NCBI GenBank assembly: GCA_964291295.2
Contig: OZ219754.1
Coordinates: 2,912,001-2,976,000, forward strand
Length of the DNA stretch: 64,000 nt
Source of the DNA: an uncultured Candidatus Binatia bacterium
Lineage (GTDB): Bacteria > Desulfobacterota > Binatia > UBA9968 > JAJDTQ01
Direction of reading: 5' to 3'
Below, piece after piece: positions 21,353 to 31,234 of this stretch (positions within the stretch are counted from its first letter, which is position 1; every line of letters begins with the position of its first letter). The position numbers and the translations under genes were made by a program. The notes below the pieces were generated by a model. It did not search any database. It had not been told where the DNA came from and saw nothing but the letters and a program-made list of their open reading frames with translations.

Positions 21353-22429
21353 TCATAGACTGCGGGGATAGGATCCGAGGACCTTCAGGGAGACGCAGCT
21401 CCTGGCCAGCTGGTTCAGCGCGCGCTTCACTAGGGGCTGTTCCTGATGACCTCTGAAATCGATGAAGAAGACATACTCCCATGCCTTCCGGCGCGAGGGA
21501 CGCGACTCGATCTTGGTGAGGTTGATACCATGCTTCGCGAAGGGCGCCAGCAGGTCGTGGAGCACGCCGACACGGTCCTTGGCGGCGAAGACGATGCTGG
21601 TCTTGTCCTCGCCGGTGGGCGACGGCGGGTCATCGCCGATGACGAAAAAACGCGTGATGTTGTCGTGATTGTCGGCGATGTTGGCTTCAAGGATCCTGAG
21701 CCCGTAGATATCGCCCGCCATGCGGCTGGCCACCGCCGCCGCGGTACGGTCCGAACCAGCCTCCCGGGCTGCCTGCGCCGTGCTCGAGACCTCTTCCACG
21801 GAGGCATCGGCGAAGTGGGCGGCGAGCCAGCGGCGGCATTGGCCCAGGGCGTGCGGATGGGAGAGAACACGCCGAACATCCCTGGCCCGACCCGACCGGG
21901 AAAGCAGGCAGAGCTCGATGTCGACGCTGACTTCGCCGCAGACCTGGACGTCGGAGTCCTGCAACAGATCCAGGGTGTGGGTCACCACCCCTTCGGTGGA
22001 GTTCTCCACCGGCACCACCCCGTAGTCGACATTGCCCGCGCTCACTTCCCGGAACACGTCGTCGATGGTGCGCTCGGGAGCGTAGCGCACGGTACTGCCG
22101 AAATGCCGCTGCGCAGCCATGTGGGTGAAGGTGGCCTCGGGGCCGAAGAACGCCACCCTCATGCGGGCCTCGATACCCCGGCAGGCCGACAACACCTCCC
22201 GGTACACGGCGCGAACCGACGCGTCGGGCAACGGCCCCGCGTTGGCGGCGGTGGCCTGCCGGTACACGGCGCGCTCCCGGCTCGCCACGTAGACAGCTTT
22301 TCCGGTGAGACTTTTCTGATGACCGATCTTCAGGGCAAGGGATGCCCTCTCGTTGAGAAGCGCTACAATCCTGGAATCAACCTGATCGATCCTTTTGCGG
22401 AGGGCATCTAGCGAGTCTCTGCGGCTCAA
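21353..22429 (-). CDS. pheA: Chorismate mutase/prephenate dehydratase
   Basis: LRKRIDQVD CM domain, PVENSTEG, NITRF, INLTKIESRP ACT domain. Confidence 0.95.
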   Translation of the reverse strand: MSRRDSLDALRKRIDQVDSRIVALLNERASLALKIGHQKSLTGKAVYVASRERAVYRQATAANAGPLPDASVRAVYREVLSACRGIEARMRVAFFGPEATFTHMAAQRHFGSTVRYAPERTIDDVFREVSAGNVDYGVVPVENSTEGVVTHTLDLLQDSDVQVCGEVSVDIELCLLSRSGRARDVRRVLSHPHALGQCRRWLAAHFADASVEEVSSTAQAAREAGSDRTAAAVASRMAGDIYGLRILEANIADNHDNITRFFVIGDDPPSPTGEDKTSIVFAAKDRVGVLHDLLAPFAKHGINLTKIESRPSRRKAWEYVFFIDFRGHQEQPLVKRALNQLARSCVSLKVLGSYPRSL

Positions 22430-22467
22430 TGAAAACCTCGAGGGGGATGGATTGGGACCGAAGGGCT

Positions 22468-22496
22468 ACGTTAGCCGAACGCCCGCGCAATTGCAA
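22468..22496 (-). promoter_or_regulatory. Putative sigma70 promoter of the pheA operon
   Basis: TTGCAA-17 nt-TAACGT on the minus strand. Confidence 0.5.
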
Positions 22497-22596
22497 CTCC
22501 GCGCCGCTGCGGCCGTTTATCCGCCCCCCGGCGGTCCGGAGGGCCGTCGAAGCCGGACCGGAATCATGGTAGTCTCCCCGGAACGACGGACCTCCG

Positions 22597-23484
22597 ATGC
22601 AGCAACAGACCCGGGCCTACCTGTACGCCGGCGCCACCGTGCTCTGCTGGTCCACCGCGGCGGCGGCGTTCAAGCTCTCCCTCCGCCACCTGGAACCCCA
22701 CCTTCTGGTGTTCTGTGCATCGGTGGTTTCCACCGCCGTGCTGTTCGGCATCACTGCGGCCACCGGCCGTCTCGGCCAGCTCCGGGAATGGCGCGCCGGC
22801 GACCTTGGCGTTTCCCTTGGCCTGGGTTTCCTGAACCCCTTCCTCTACTACCTCGTCCTCTTCACGGCCTACGAACTCCTGCCCGCTCAGACGGCACTGA
22901 CGCTCAATTTCACTTGGCCCATGGTGCTGGCGCTGTTCTCCATCCTCATGCTCCGGCAGCCCATCCGCGCCGGCGCCATCGGCGCCATGGCCATCAGCTT
23001 CTCCGGGATGGTCCTCATCGCCGCCCGGGGCGACCCGCCGGGACTCGACCTCGTCAACCCGCAGGGGGTGGCTCTGGCGCTCGGGAGCACCCTGGTATGG
23101 ACGCTGTACTGGATCTGCGGGGTCCGAGACGACCGCGACCCGGTGACCCGACTGCTGCTCAATTTCGCGTTCGGCTGCGTTTTCTCGGGCGGTTACCTGT
23201 GGCTTGCGGGCGGTCTGGAGACCGGTCTGGAGACACCGGGTGCGCCGGGCCTGGCGGGGGCGGCCCATATCGGCCTCTTCGAAATGGGCCTTGCGTACGT
23301 CACCTGGCTTCAGGCCCTGAAGCTCTCCCGCACCACCGCGCACGTGGCCCAGCTGATCTACCTGACACCCTTCCTCTCGCTGCTGGTGATCCGGCTGGTG
23401 GTGGGAGAGCCCATCCAGCCCGGCACCGTGGCGGGACTGGTGCTCATCGTCGGCGGTATCGCGCTGCAGCGGCGGACGGGCTGA
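22597..23484 (+). CDS. DMT/EamA family transporter
   Basis: About 10 hydrophobic segments, two EamA-like halves, YLTPFLS. Confidence 0.88.
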   Translation: MQQQTRAYLYAGATVLCWSTAAAAFKLSLRHLEPHLLVFCASVVSTAVLFGITAATGRLGQLREWRAGDLGVSLGLGFLNPFLYYLVLFTAYELLPAQTALTLNFTWPMVLALFSILMLRQPIRAGAIGAMAISFSGMVLIAARGDPPGLDLVNPQGVALALGSTLVWTLYWICGVRDDRDPVTRLLLNFAFGCVFSGGYLWLAGGLETGLETPGAPGLAGAAHIGLFEMGLAYVTWLQALKLSRTTAHVAQLIYLTPFLSLLVIRLVVGEPIQPGTVAGLVLIVGGIALQRRTG

Positions 23485-23561
23485 CCCGCAGGCAAGGGTC
23501 CGCTTCGTCAACGGGAACGACAGCGGGCTGGCCGCGCCGACCCGCGGGCGGCGTCCATCCG

Positions 23562-24929
23562 TCAGCCCGTCAGACGGCTCATGAGCCGACGCGCCCTTTC
23601 CACCGCGCCCGGCTCGATGGAAAGGGTCGCGGCGAAATCGCCCAGGGGCCGGGTGGCGTCGATGCCCATCTTCGCCGTAACGGCATCGGTGGCCGAGGGG
23701 TCCAGCAGCGTGCCCATGGCCTCGTCAACGATGAAAACGTCGCGGTCGGCCTGCATCCGGGTGGCCATGGCCCACAGCACCTGCTCTTCGTCGAATACAT
23801 CGATGTCCGCGTCCACCACCACCACCAGCTTGACGTAGTGGTCCGCCCCCAGCACGCTGAAGATGGCCTGCTTGGCCTGTCCTTCCGCGGTCTTTCTCAG
23901 GGAGACATAACAGTGGAAGCTGCCGATGCCCGACCGCACCGGCACGTGCACCGCCTTGAGATTGGGAATGGTCTTCCCCAGCACGTGGGTGAACTCCACT
24001 TCCCGGGGCATGGACAGGCAACGGCAGTGCTCCAGGCTGTCGCCGCCGTTGATATCCTGGTAGACGGCCCCGTTGCGGTAGTGCAACGCCGTGGCCTCGA
24101 ACACGTTCTCGGTGCTCCGGCTCGAGGCGTAGCCGGTGAACTCGCCGAACGGCCCCTCCTTCTCCCGCACGTCCTTGAGGATCCGCCCCTCGATGACGAC
24201 CTCCGACCACCGCGGCACGTCGACGTCCACGGTGGCACAGCGCGTCAACTCCAACGGTTCTCCCAGAAGCCCGCCCTGAAGCGCGAACTTCTCCGTTCCC
24301 GCCGGCGGCAGCGTCAATGCCCCCAGTGAGACCAGCGGGTGCACACCGATGCAGACCGCGGCCTCCAGGGACTCCCCCTTCTCCTCGGCGCGCCGGAAGT
24401 ACTCGAACATGCGCCGCCGGGAATGGAGGCTGACCCCCAGCTTGCGCGGCCCCTTGAGCTGCATTCGATGGAACCCCACCGTACGCATGCCGGACTGTGG
24501 ATCCCGCGCCACCACCAGCCCGGCGGTCACATAGGGGCCGCCGTCCTGCTCGAAATGGGTCAGCACCGGGAGTCGTCCCAAGTCCACCGATTCACCCAGC
24601 AGGGTGTTTTCCTGGAACGGGGCGTCTTTCAACACCGCGGGCCGCATGGGCTGCTGGATCCGCTCCCTGAACTCGTTCACCAGCCCTTCCTCCGGCGTGC
24701 CGAAGATCCAGGCCAGTCGCGGGCGGTGCGCCAGCACGTTGGCCGCCACGGTGAAGTCACTCCCGGTGATGTTCCGGAATATCACCACCGGACAGGACGG
24801 CAGCCGTTCAGCCTCCATCACCAGAGCAGTGGCCTCGAACTCCCGGGACACCGGCTCCCCGACTTCGAGCCACTGCTCCGGACACGCTTCCTTCAATCGC
24901 TTCAGGAAACCCTGCAGATCCTGTGGCAC
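23562..24929 (-). CDS. UbiD family prFMN-dependent (de)carboxylase
   Basis: GFHRMQ, EGPFGEFTGY, VVVDADIDVFD, WAMATR, KMGIDAT. Confidence 0.93.
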   Translation of the reverse strand: MPQDLQGFLKRLKEACPEQWLEVGEPVSREFEATALVMEAERLPSCPVVIFRNITGSDFTVAANVLAHRPRLAWIFGTPEEGLVNEFRERIQQPMRPAVLKDAPFQENTLLGESVDLGRLPVLTHFEQDGGPYVTAGLVVARDPQSGMRTVGFHRMQLKGPRKLGVSLHSRRRMFEYFRRAEEKGESLEAAVCIGVHPLVSLGALTLPPAGTEKFALQGGLLGEPLELTRCATVDVDVPRWSEVVIEGRILKDVREKEGPFGEFTGYASSRSTENVFEATALHYRNGAVYQDINGGDSLEHCRCLSMPREVEFTHVLGKTIPNLKAVHVPVRSGIGSFHCYVSLRKTAEGQAKQAIFSVLGADHYVKLVVVVDADIDVFDEEQVLWAMATRMQADRDVFIVDEAMGTLLDPSATDAVTAKMGIDATRPLGDFAATLSIEPGAVERARRLMSRLTG

Positions 24930-24947
24930 TCGATTCTCCTCGACGAG

Positions 24948-26177
24948 TCAGGTGAACCTCTCGGCCACCGCCTCGATGTTGCAGTCGAGAGGCTCGGGCG
25001 GATCGACGGCCCGCAGCGCGGCATCGACGTCCTTGAGGCCGTGGCCCGTGGACAGGACGACGACGCGCTCCGCCGGCGAGATGTCGCCCCGTTCCACGAG
25101 TCTCACCAGCGCGGCAACCGCGGCCGCTGCCGCGGGCTCGGCGAACAGGCCGGTGGTGCCGCCCAGAAGCCGCATGGCTTCCAGGATCTCGCCGTCCGAT
25201 ACGCTCACCGCGACCCCGCCGGAGGCCCGTAGATCCTGCACCGCCATGACCCCGTTGCGCGGCAACGCCACGCGGATGCTGTCGGCCAGGGTCTCCTCGG
25301 CGCCCGGCCGTATGGTCCCGTCGCCGTCGAAGGCCTGCTTGATGGCCTGCGAACCCTCGGCCTGGGCCGCCACCAGCCGCGGCAGCCGCGAGGTCCACCC
25401 CAGTCGTCGAAGGTCCGTGAAACCCTTCCAGACGCCGCTCAGGATACAGCCGTCGCCGGTGGCGACAATGACCGTGTCCGGCGGCTCCCAGCCCAACTGC
25501 TCGGCAATCTCCAGCGCCGCGGTCTTCTTGCCCTCCACGGTGTAGGGGTTGTAGCCGGTGTTGCGGTTGTACCACCGGAAGCGTTCGCCGGCCTCGACGC
25601 ACAGGCTGAAGGCGCGGGAATAGCTGCCGCGGATGGAAAGAACGTCCGCGCCGAAGATCAGGAGTTGCGCCACCTTGGCCCGGGGCGCGGTTTCGGGCAC
25701 GAAGATGTGACAGCGCAGCCCCAGGGCGGCCGAGAGGCAGGCCAGCGACGCGCCGGCGTTGCCGGTGGAGGCAGTGGCAAACTCCCGGCGGCCCAGTTCC
25801 ATCCCCTTGAGCAGCACCACGGAACTGGCCCGGTCCTTCAGGGAGGCGGAGGGGTTGGCGGTATCGTCCTTGATCCAGAGCCGTTCCAGACCCAGCGCCC
25901 GTCTCAGGCCTGGCACCGGGCACAGCGGCGTGGCTCCCACCGCCAGCGGGAACTCCACCGCGTCCGCCGCCAGCGGCAGCAACGGCAGGTAGCGCCAATG
26001 GTCCCGGAATGGCGCCGCGGCCAGCGCGCCGCGGCTCGCCGAAGCGCGCATCCGCTCGTAGTCGTAGGAAACCCTAAGAGTCCCCAACTCGCCGCAGGCC
26101 GGGCAACCGTACCGGTCCGGACCCTCCCGCCAGGCGGCGCCGCACAGGACGCAGGTCAGGTTTTCCGGCAGGGGCAT
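24948..26177 (-). CDS. Threonine synthase-like PLP enzyme with N-terminal Zn ribbon
   Basis: CxxC...CxxC, NPSASLKDR (PLP Lys), ASTGNAG, EGKKT, TGHGLKD. Confidence 0.85.
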   Translation of the reverse strand: MPLPENLTCVLCGAAWREGPDRYGCPACGELGTLRVSYDYERMRASASRGALAAAPFRDHWRYLPLLPLAADAVEFPLAVGATPLCPVPGLRRALGLERLWIKDDTANPSASLKDRASSVVLLKGMELGRREFATASTGNAGASLACLSAALGLRCHIFVPETAPRAKVAQLLIFGADVLSIRGSYSRAFSLCVEAGERFRWYNRNTGYNPYTVEGKKTAALEIAEQLGWEPPDTVIVATGDGCILSGVWKGFTDLRRLGWTSRLPRLVAAQAEGSQAIKQAFDGDGTIRPGAEETLADSIRVALPRNGVMAVQDLRASGGVAVSVSDGEILEAMRLLGGTTGLFAEPAAAAAVAALVRLVERGDISPAERVVVLSTGHGLKDVDAALRAVDPPEPLDCNIEAVAERFT

Positions 26178-26201
26178 CGCGGGGAGTGGCGGCGGGCCCG
26201 G

Positions 26202-27236
26202 CTACCGCACCACATGGAGGTTGCGGCGCGCCAGCCTGGCGCGGTCCTCCTCGCTCACGGGATGTGCGCGGTCGGGGATCTCCACGGCCGGCTCCCTGCC
26301 GAACAGCGGCGTGGAAAAGTAACGCATGCCGGTGTCGTTGATCAGGGTCACGATCATCTTCGTGGACGGCAACGCCGCCGACAGCCGGTTGGCTGCGGCA
26401 ACGTTGCAGCCCGACGAGATGCCGCACAGCACGCCTTCTTCGCGCGCCAGGCGCCGGGCCATGGCGATGGAGTCCTCCGACGAGACCGTCACCACCCCGT
26501 CGACCCAGTCCAGGTCCAGATTCTCCGGGATGAAACCGTCGCCGATGCCCTCGATGGCGTGCGGCCCCCAGGTTCCGCCCGACAGGATCGGACACTCGGC
26601 GGGCTCCACGGCGTAGACCTTCGCATTCGAGTTCCGCTCCTTGAGATACCGGCCGACGCCGGACACGGTACCGCCGCTGCCCTGGGAAGCCACGAACACG
26701 TCCACCTGGCCGCCGGTCTGCTGCCATATCTCCGGACCCGTGGTCTCGTAGTGCGCCGCGATGTTGTCCCGGTTGGAGAACTGGCCGGGCTCCCAGTAAC
26801 GATCCGGCTCGGCGCGCTTGAGTTCCTCCACCTTCTCCAGACACAAATCCACGTCGCTCTCCGCTCCCGGGGTCAGCACCAGTTCCGCGCCATAGGCGCG
26901 CATGGTGGCCTTGCGCTCCTCGCTCATGCCCTCGGGCATGACGATCACCACCGGATAGCCGCAAACCGCGCCGATCATGGCGGTGGCGATGCCGGTGCTG
27001 CCGGTGGAGGCCTCCAGGAGGGTCATGCCGGGCTTGAGATCGCCGCGCTCCTCCGCGCTTCGGACCATGCGGCGCAGGATCCGGTCCTTGAGACTCGACG
27101 AGGGGTTCATGAACTCGAGCTTGCCGCACAACGTCTGGGGTCCGGCCGCCACCTTGCGAAGCCGCAGCAGCGGCGTCAACCCCGCCGTCTCGGTGATGTC
27201 CTCCGCGATCCGTCCACGCGCGGCCCAATCCGTCAT
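26202..27236 (-). CDS. Cysteine synthase/cystathionine beta-synthase-like PLP enzyme
   Basis: KLEFMNPSSSLKDR, GSGGT, HAIEGIG, GISSG, DTGMRYFSTPLF. Confidence 0.87.
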   Translation of the reverse strand: MTDWAARGRIAEDITETAGLTPLLRLRKVAAGPQTLCGKLEFMNPSSSLKDRILRRMVRSAEERGDLKPGMTLLEASTGSTGIATAMIGAVCGYPVVIVMPEGMSEERKATMRAYGAELVLTPGAESDVDLCLEKVEELKRAEPDRYWEPGQFSNRDNIAAHYETTGPEIWQQTGGQVDVFVASQGSGGTVSGVGRYLKERNSNAKVYAVEPAECPILSGGTWGPHAIEGIGDGFIPENLDLDWVDGVVTVSSEDSIAMARRLAREEGVLCGISSGCNVAAANRLSAALPSTKMIVTLINDTGMRYFSTPLFGREPAVEIPDRAHPVSEEDRARLARRNLHVVR

Positions 27237-27271
27237 GGCTGTCCTCTCCGATCCGACACGAGGCCGCCCGG

Positions 27272-28144
27272 TCAAAGACCCAGCATGGCCCTGGGATTGT
27301 CGATGATGAGCTTCTCCACGTTCCTGGGCGAGACGCCCTTCTCGTAGAGGCCCTGGGCGTAGAGCCACAGCGCCTCCGGCGGCAAGGGGTTGTGAGACTG
27401 GCCGGTATCGCTCATGACCACGCAGTTGTCGAAGCCCATGGAGTCCATGATGCCCTTGGTGAACTCCAGGTTCACATAGGCCCACATGGGCGAGATGGTG
27501 CAGTAGCCGAACTCGCCGATGGCGCCGTAGCGCATCATCTGCTTCAGGAAATCGAGGTTCATGCCCGCGGGCACGCGAAAGTAGGGATGGGTGATCAGGA
27601 TCTTCCGGACCCCCCGCTCGTGGGCCGCCTTCACCAGCAGCTCGATCTCTCCCAGGGAGAGATGCGCGGTCCCCAGGATGGCGTCGTACTTGGCGATGAG
27701 TTCCAGCACCACCAGGGCCTCGTCCACCACCTTTCCGTCCTTGACCGCCGAGATGGGCTCCCCCCAGACGAAATCCGAACCGCTGGTCTGGGTGTCGTAG
27801 CTGCCCCGGGCGCCGTGGACCTCCACGTGGTGCGCCGCGTCGATGGTGGGCATCCAGATCTCCTTGGCTCCCAGCCGTAGCCCCACCTCGGCCGCCGCCG
27901 GATTGATGCCGCCCACGAACTGGTTCATCACCACGCCGCCGAAGACCTTGATGTCGGGAAACTCCTTCTGAATGAGCCAGGCGCGGCTGACCGTGCTCTC
28001 ATGGTGGCACTTCAGCACGATGGCCGCCATGCCCGCCTCCGCGGCCGCCTGCACGGCCTGACGGTCGTCCACCCGCCGCTGGAAAACGCAGGGATAGGAG
28101 TGGACGTGCAGGTCCACGGCACCGTCGAGTTTCATGAACTCCAT
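27272..28144 (-). CDS. DUF6282-like amidohydrolase/PHP-type metalloprotein
   Basis: DLHVHSYP, LKCHH, WMPT, GTAHLS, ITHP, SDTGQ, NPRAML. Confidence 0.75.
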   Translation of the reverse strand: MEFMKLDGAVDLHVHSYPCVFQRRVDDRQAVQAAAEAGMAAIVLKCHHESTVSRAWLIQKEFPDIKVFGGVVMNQFVGGINPAAAEVGLRLGAKEIWMPTIDAAHHVEVHGARGSYDTQTSGSDFVWGEPISAVKDGKVVDEALVVLELIAKYDAILGTAHLSLGEIELLVKAAHERGVRKILITHPYFRVPAGMNLDFLKQMMRYGAIGEFGYCTISPMWAYVNLEFTKGIMDSMGFDNCVVMSDTGQSHNPLPPEALWLYAQGLYEKGVSPRNVEKLIIDNPRAMLGL

Positions 28145-28164
28145 GGGTCTCCTCCAGCCTGCCT

Positions 28165-28854
28165 TCAGTCCATGCCCACCAGCCCCACGCCCAGCGCCCG
28201 CCCCACCGCTTCGAGGGCGGCCTCGTTGCTGGTCACGATGGGCAGGTCGTAGGCATCCTTCAGGCGCGGCAGCGCCGCCACCGCCTGATAGTTGGTGCAA
28301 GAGATGAACAGTGCATCCACCGGCGGTCTGGCGCCCAGCTTCTCGCGGGCGAAGGCCAGTATCTCCGGCGGTTCCACCAGCGCCAACTCGAAGTTGACGC
28401 GGATGCCCATGCCGTGGATCGCCACCACTTCGATGCCGCCCTCCTCCACGCTGGCCTTGATACGGCTGTTCAACTCCTCGACATAGGGCGTCACCACGGC
28501 CACACGCCGGACCTTCAGCGACGCCAGCCGGCGCCGCACCGACTCGATGACACTGAGGGTGGGTTTGCCGGCAACTTCCGAGATCCGGCGGCACAACTCG
28601 GCATCGCCGGCGTTGCCCCGGAGCGCGCCGGCGCTGGTGCAGCCGAACACCATCAAGTCCGGGCGGGCCGTGGCCACGTCGGCGGCCGCGGACAGGCAGT
28701 GATCGTCGAGCATGGCCTCCTCGCCCCGGACCGTGGTGGCCTCCATGTACATGCGGCCCGTATGGACCGTGACCGACGCCGGCAGGTGACGGTAGAAGTC
28801 CACTTCCATGACGGTGTTCGACGAAGGGATGAGCAATCCGATCCGATGACCCAA
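28165..28854 (-). CDS. Asp/Glu racemase family (maleate isomerase/arylmalonate decarboxylase-like)
   Basis: IGLLIPSSNTVME, GCTS, TPY, SCTN, TSN. Confidence 0.87.
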   Translation of the reverse strand: MGHRIGLLIPSSNTVMEVDFYRHLPASVTVHTGRMYMEATTVRGEEAMLDDHCLSAAADVATARPDLMVFGCTSAGALRGNAGDAELCRRISEVAGKPTLSVIESVRRRLASLKVRRVAVVTPYVEELNSRIKASVEEGGIEVVAIHGMGIRVNFELALVEPPEILAFAREKLGARPPVDALFISCTNYQAVAALPRLKDAYDLPIVTSNEAALEAVGRALGVGLVGMD

Positions 28855-28887
28855 TCCGTTACCTCCCTCTACGTCCCTCGCAGGGCG

Positions 28888-29901
28888 TCAGTCGTCATCG
28901 AACTCGCCCCGGGCCCTGGCCTCCTGGATGGCGAAGAAGACCCGCTCCGGGGTGATGGGCGTCTCGGTGATGCGGATGCCGATGGCGTCGTCGATGGCGT
29001 TCAGAATGGCCGGGGTGGTGGGGATCGTGGCGGGCTCGGCGACCCCCTTGGCGCCGAACGGCCCCCGGGGGTCCGGCACCTCCACGATCTCGCACTCGAT
29101 GTCCGGCACGTCCATGGCGGTGGGTACCAGATAGAACGCCAGCGACGACGTGCGCGGCACGCCGTTCTCCAGGATATGCTGCTCGTAGAGACCGTAGCCC
29201 AGGCCCATGGCGGCGCCGCCCTCGATCTGTCCTTCCACCGCCGCCGGGTTGATGGCCTTGCCCGCGTCCGTGGCCGAAACCAGCCTGACCAGACGCACGC
29301 GCCCGGTCTCGGTATCCACCTCCACCTCCGCCAACTGGGTTGCCCAGCCGTAGGTGGCGTAAGCGTCGCCCTGGGAAGTCTCCGGATCCACGTCGGCGGT
29401 GGTGTTGTCGTGCCAGCCCCAGGCCGCCGACCGCCGGCCGTGGAAATGGAGCTGCTGGGCCACCTTGCCCACCGACACCATGGGGCGGTCGCTGCCGACC
29501 TCGCACACCTCGCCGCGGCTCACGTGAAGGTTCTCCCTGGGACACTCCAGCATGCGCGAGGCCATGTCCAGGAGCTGCGCGCGCAGTTCCCCGGCCGCCC
29601 GCTGTACCGCCACCCCCTGCACGAAGGTGGCGCGGCTGCCCGAGGTGGGCCCGGCGTCCGGCGTGCTGCCGGTATCCGCCGCCACCACGCGAATCTGCTC
29701 CGGCTCGATGCCAAGCTCCTCCGCCGCCACCTGGGTCACCACGGTCATGACCCCCTGGCCCATGTCACAGGCCCCGGAGTAGATGGTGGTGGTGCCGTCC
29801 TCGGCCATCTCGATCTCGGCCGAGCCGATGTCGGCCCGGCTGAAGCCGTAGCCGATACCGTAATACATGGAGCCGATGCCCAGGCCTCTTCTTGTCGCCA
29901 T
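28888..29901 (-). CDS. Molybdenum hydroxylase Moco-binding medium subunit (NdhM-like)
   Basis: DMGQG, TSGSR, EGQIEGG, GAKGVAEP (catalytic Glu). Confidence 0.9.
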   Translation of the reverse strand: MATRRGLGIGSMYYGIGYGFSRADIGSAEIEMAEDGTTTIYSGACDMGQGVMTVVTQVAAEELGIEPEQIRVVAADTGSTPDAGPTSGSRATFVQGVAVQRAAGELRAQLLDMASRMLECPRENLHVSRGEVCEVGSDRPMVSVGKVAQQLHFHGRRSAAWGWHDNTTADVDPETSQGDAYATYGWATQLAEVEVDTETGRVRLVRLVSATDAGKAINPAAVEGQIEGGAAMGLGYGLYEQHILENGVPRTSSLAFYLVPTAMDVPDIECEIVEVPDPRGPFGAKGVAEPATIPTTPAILNAIDDAIGIRITETPITPERVFFAIQEARARGEFDDD

Positions 29902-29920
29902 GATCGCCCGGCCGCGCCCT

Positions 29921-31234
29921 TCAGGAGGCGGCCCGAGCCCGCCTGAACCGCAGGTCATGTGCGTCCATGTAGTCCTCGATGCGCCGCAGCGTCGCTTCGA
30001 TGCCGCAGCCTTCGTTCATCAACTGTCCGGTGGAGGAAGCCAGCCCCGGCCTGAGGCAGTTCTTCAAGCGGAACTCCAGCGGCGACATGCCCAGCCGGTG
30101 GGCCAGCTGGTCCATCTGGGACTCGTGGGCCACGGCCGCCTGCATCACCCCGAAGCCGCGCATGGCCCCGGAGACCAGATTGTTGGTGTAGAGCGTATAG
30201 GTGTCCACCCGGATGTTCGGCACTTCGTAGGGACCGGTGGCGTGGATGCCCGCCTTCTTGACCACGTAGGCGCCCAGCGAAACCCCCGCGCCCGTGTCGC
30301 CGTAGATGTCGCCGTCCAGGAAGGCCAGCCGGCCGTCGGCGCGGGCGCCGGTGCGGAAGTTCATGGCCATGGGGTGGCGCTTGGTGTTGGCGACGAGGGA
30401 CTCCTCGCGGCTGTAGACCAGGCGCACCGGCCGGTGCGTCCTGAGCGCCAGCAGGCCGGCGTGGATCTCCACGGTGATGTCGTCCTTGCGGCCGAAGCCG
30501 CCGCCGATGGGTGCCTGGATCACCCGGACCCTGTTCATGGCAAGGCCCAGGGCCGGCGCGATCTGGCGGCGGTCCCGGTACGGGTACTGGGTGCCCGCCA
30601 GGATGTGCAGCACGCCGGAGGGATCCACATGGGCCAGTCCCGCCTCCGGCTCCATGGGAACGTGATCCATGCGATGGGTGTGGTAGGTGTTCTCCACGAC
30701 CACGTCCGCCTCCCGCATGCCCCGCTCCAGATCACCCTTGCGCACGGTGGTGTGCTGGAACACGTTGCCGCCCTCGTGGATCGAAGGCGCCGTCCGGTCC
30801 AGGGCATCCGCGTAGGTGAGAATCGGCCGCAGCGGCTCCAGGTCCACCTTGATCTTCGCCAGCGCCTCCTCGGCCGCTTCTTCGTCCTCCGCCGCCACCA
30901 GGGCCAGGGCATCGCCCGCCGACCGCACCTTGTCGTCCGCCAGCACCTGCTGGTCGAGCACGGCCAGTCCGTAGCGGTTGGTGCCGGGCACGTCCGCGGC
31001 CGTGAGCACGGCGGCCACACCGGGCGTCCGGGCGGCCTCCCTGGTGTCGATGTGGCGGATCACCGCGTGGGGCGTACCCGCCCACAGGATCCGGGCGTGG
31101 AGCATGCCCGGCACCACCATGTCGCCCACGTACTCGGTGGCGCCCAACGCCTTCTCCAGCGCGTCGGGCCTGGTGACGTTCCTGCCGATCCAGTGATGCG
31201 GGCGGTCCGCCGCCCCGGAAGTCCCCTGGCTCAT
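29921..31234 (-). CDS. Molybdenum hydroxylase Moco-binding large subunit (NdhL-like)
   Basis: TQYP, GGGFGRK, KRHP, GAMRGFG; start MSQGT at 31234. Confidence 0.9.
   Translation of the reverse strand: MSQGTSGAADRPHHWIGRNVTRPDALEKALGATEYVGDMVVPGMLHARILWAGTPHAVIRHIDTREAARTPGVAAVLTAADVPGTNRYGLAVLDQQVLADDKVRSAGDALALVAAEDEEAAEEALAKIKVDLEPLRPILTYADALDRTAPSIHEGGNVFQHTTVRKGDLERGMREADVVVENTYHTHRMDHVPMEPEAGLAHVDPSGVLHILAGTQYPYRDRRQIAPALGLAMNRVRVIQAPIGGGFGRKDDITVEIHAGLLALRTHRPVRLVYSREESLVANTKRHPMAMNFRTGARADGRLAFLDGDIYGDTGAGVSLGAYVVKKAGIHATGPYEVPNIRVDTYTLYTNNLVSGAMRGFGVMQAAVAHESQMDQLAHRLGMSPLEFRLKNCLRPGLASSTGQLMNEGCGIEATLRRIEDYMDAHDLRFRRARAAS

Noticed and set aside
29880-29940. Split Moco subunit as a frameshift pseudogene or Sec readthrough
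   Set aside because: The downstream part has its own SD-like sequence and ATG in another frame, and the split matches the natural L/M architecture
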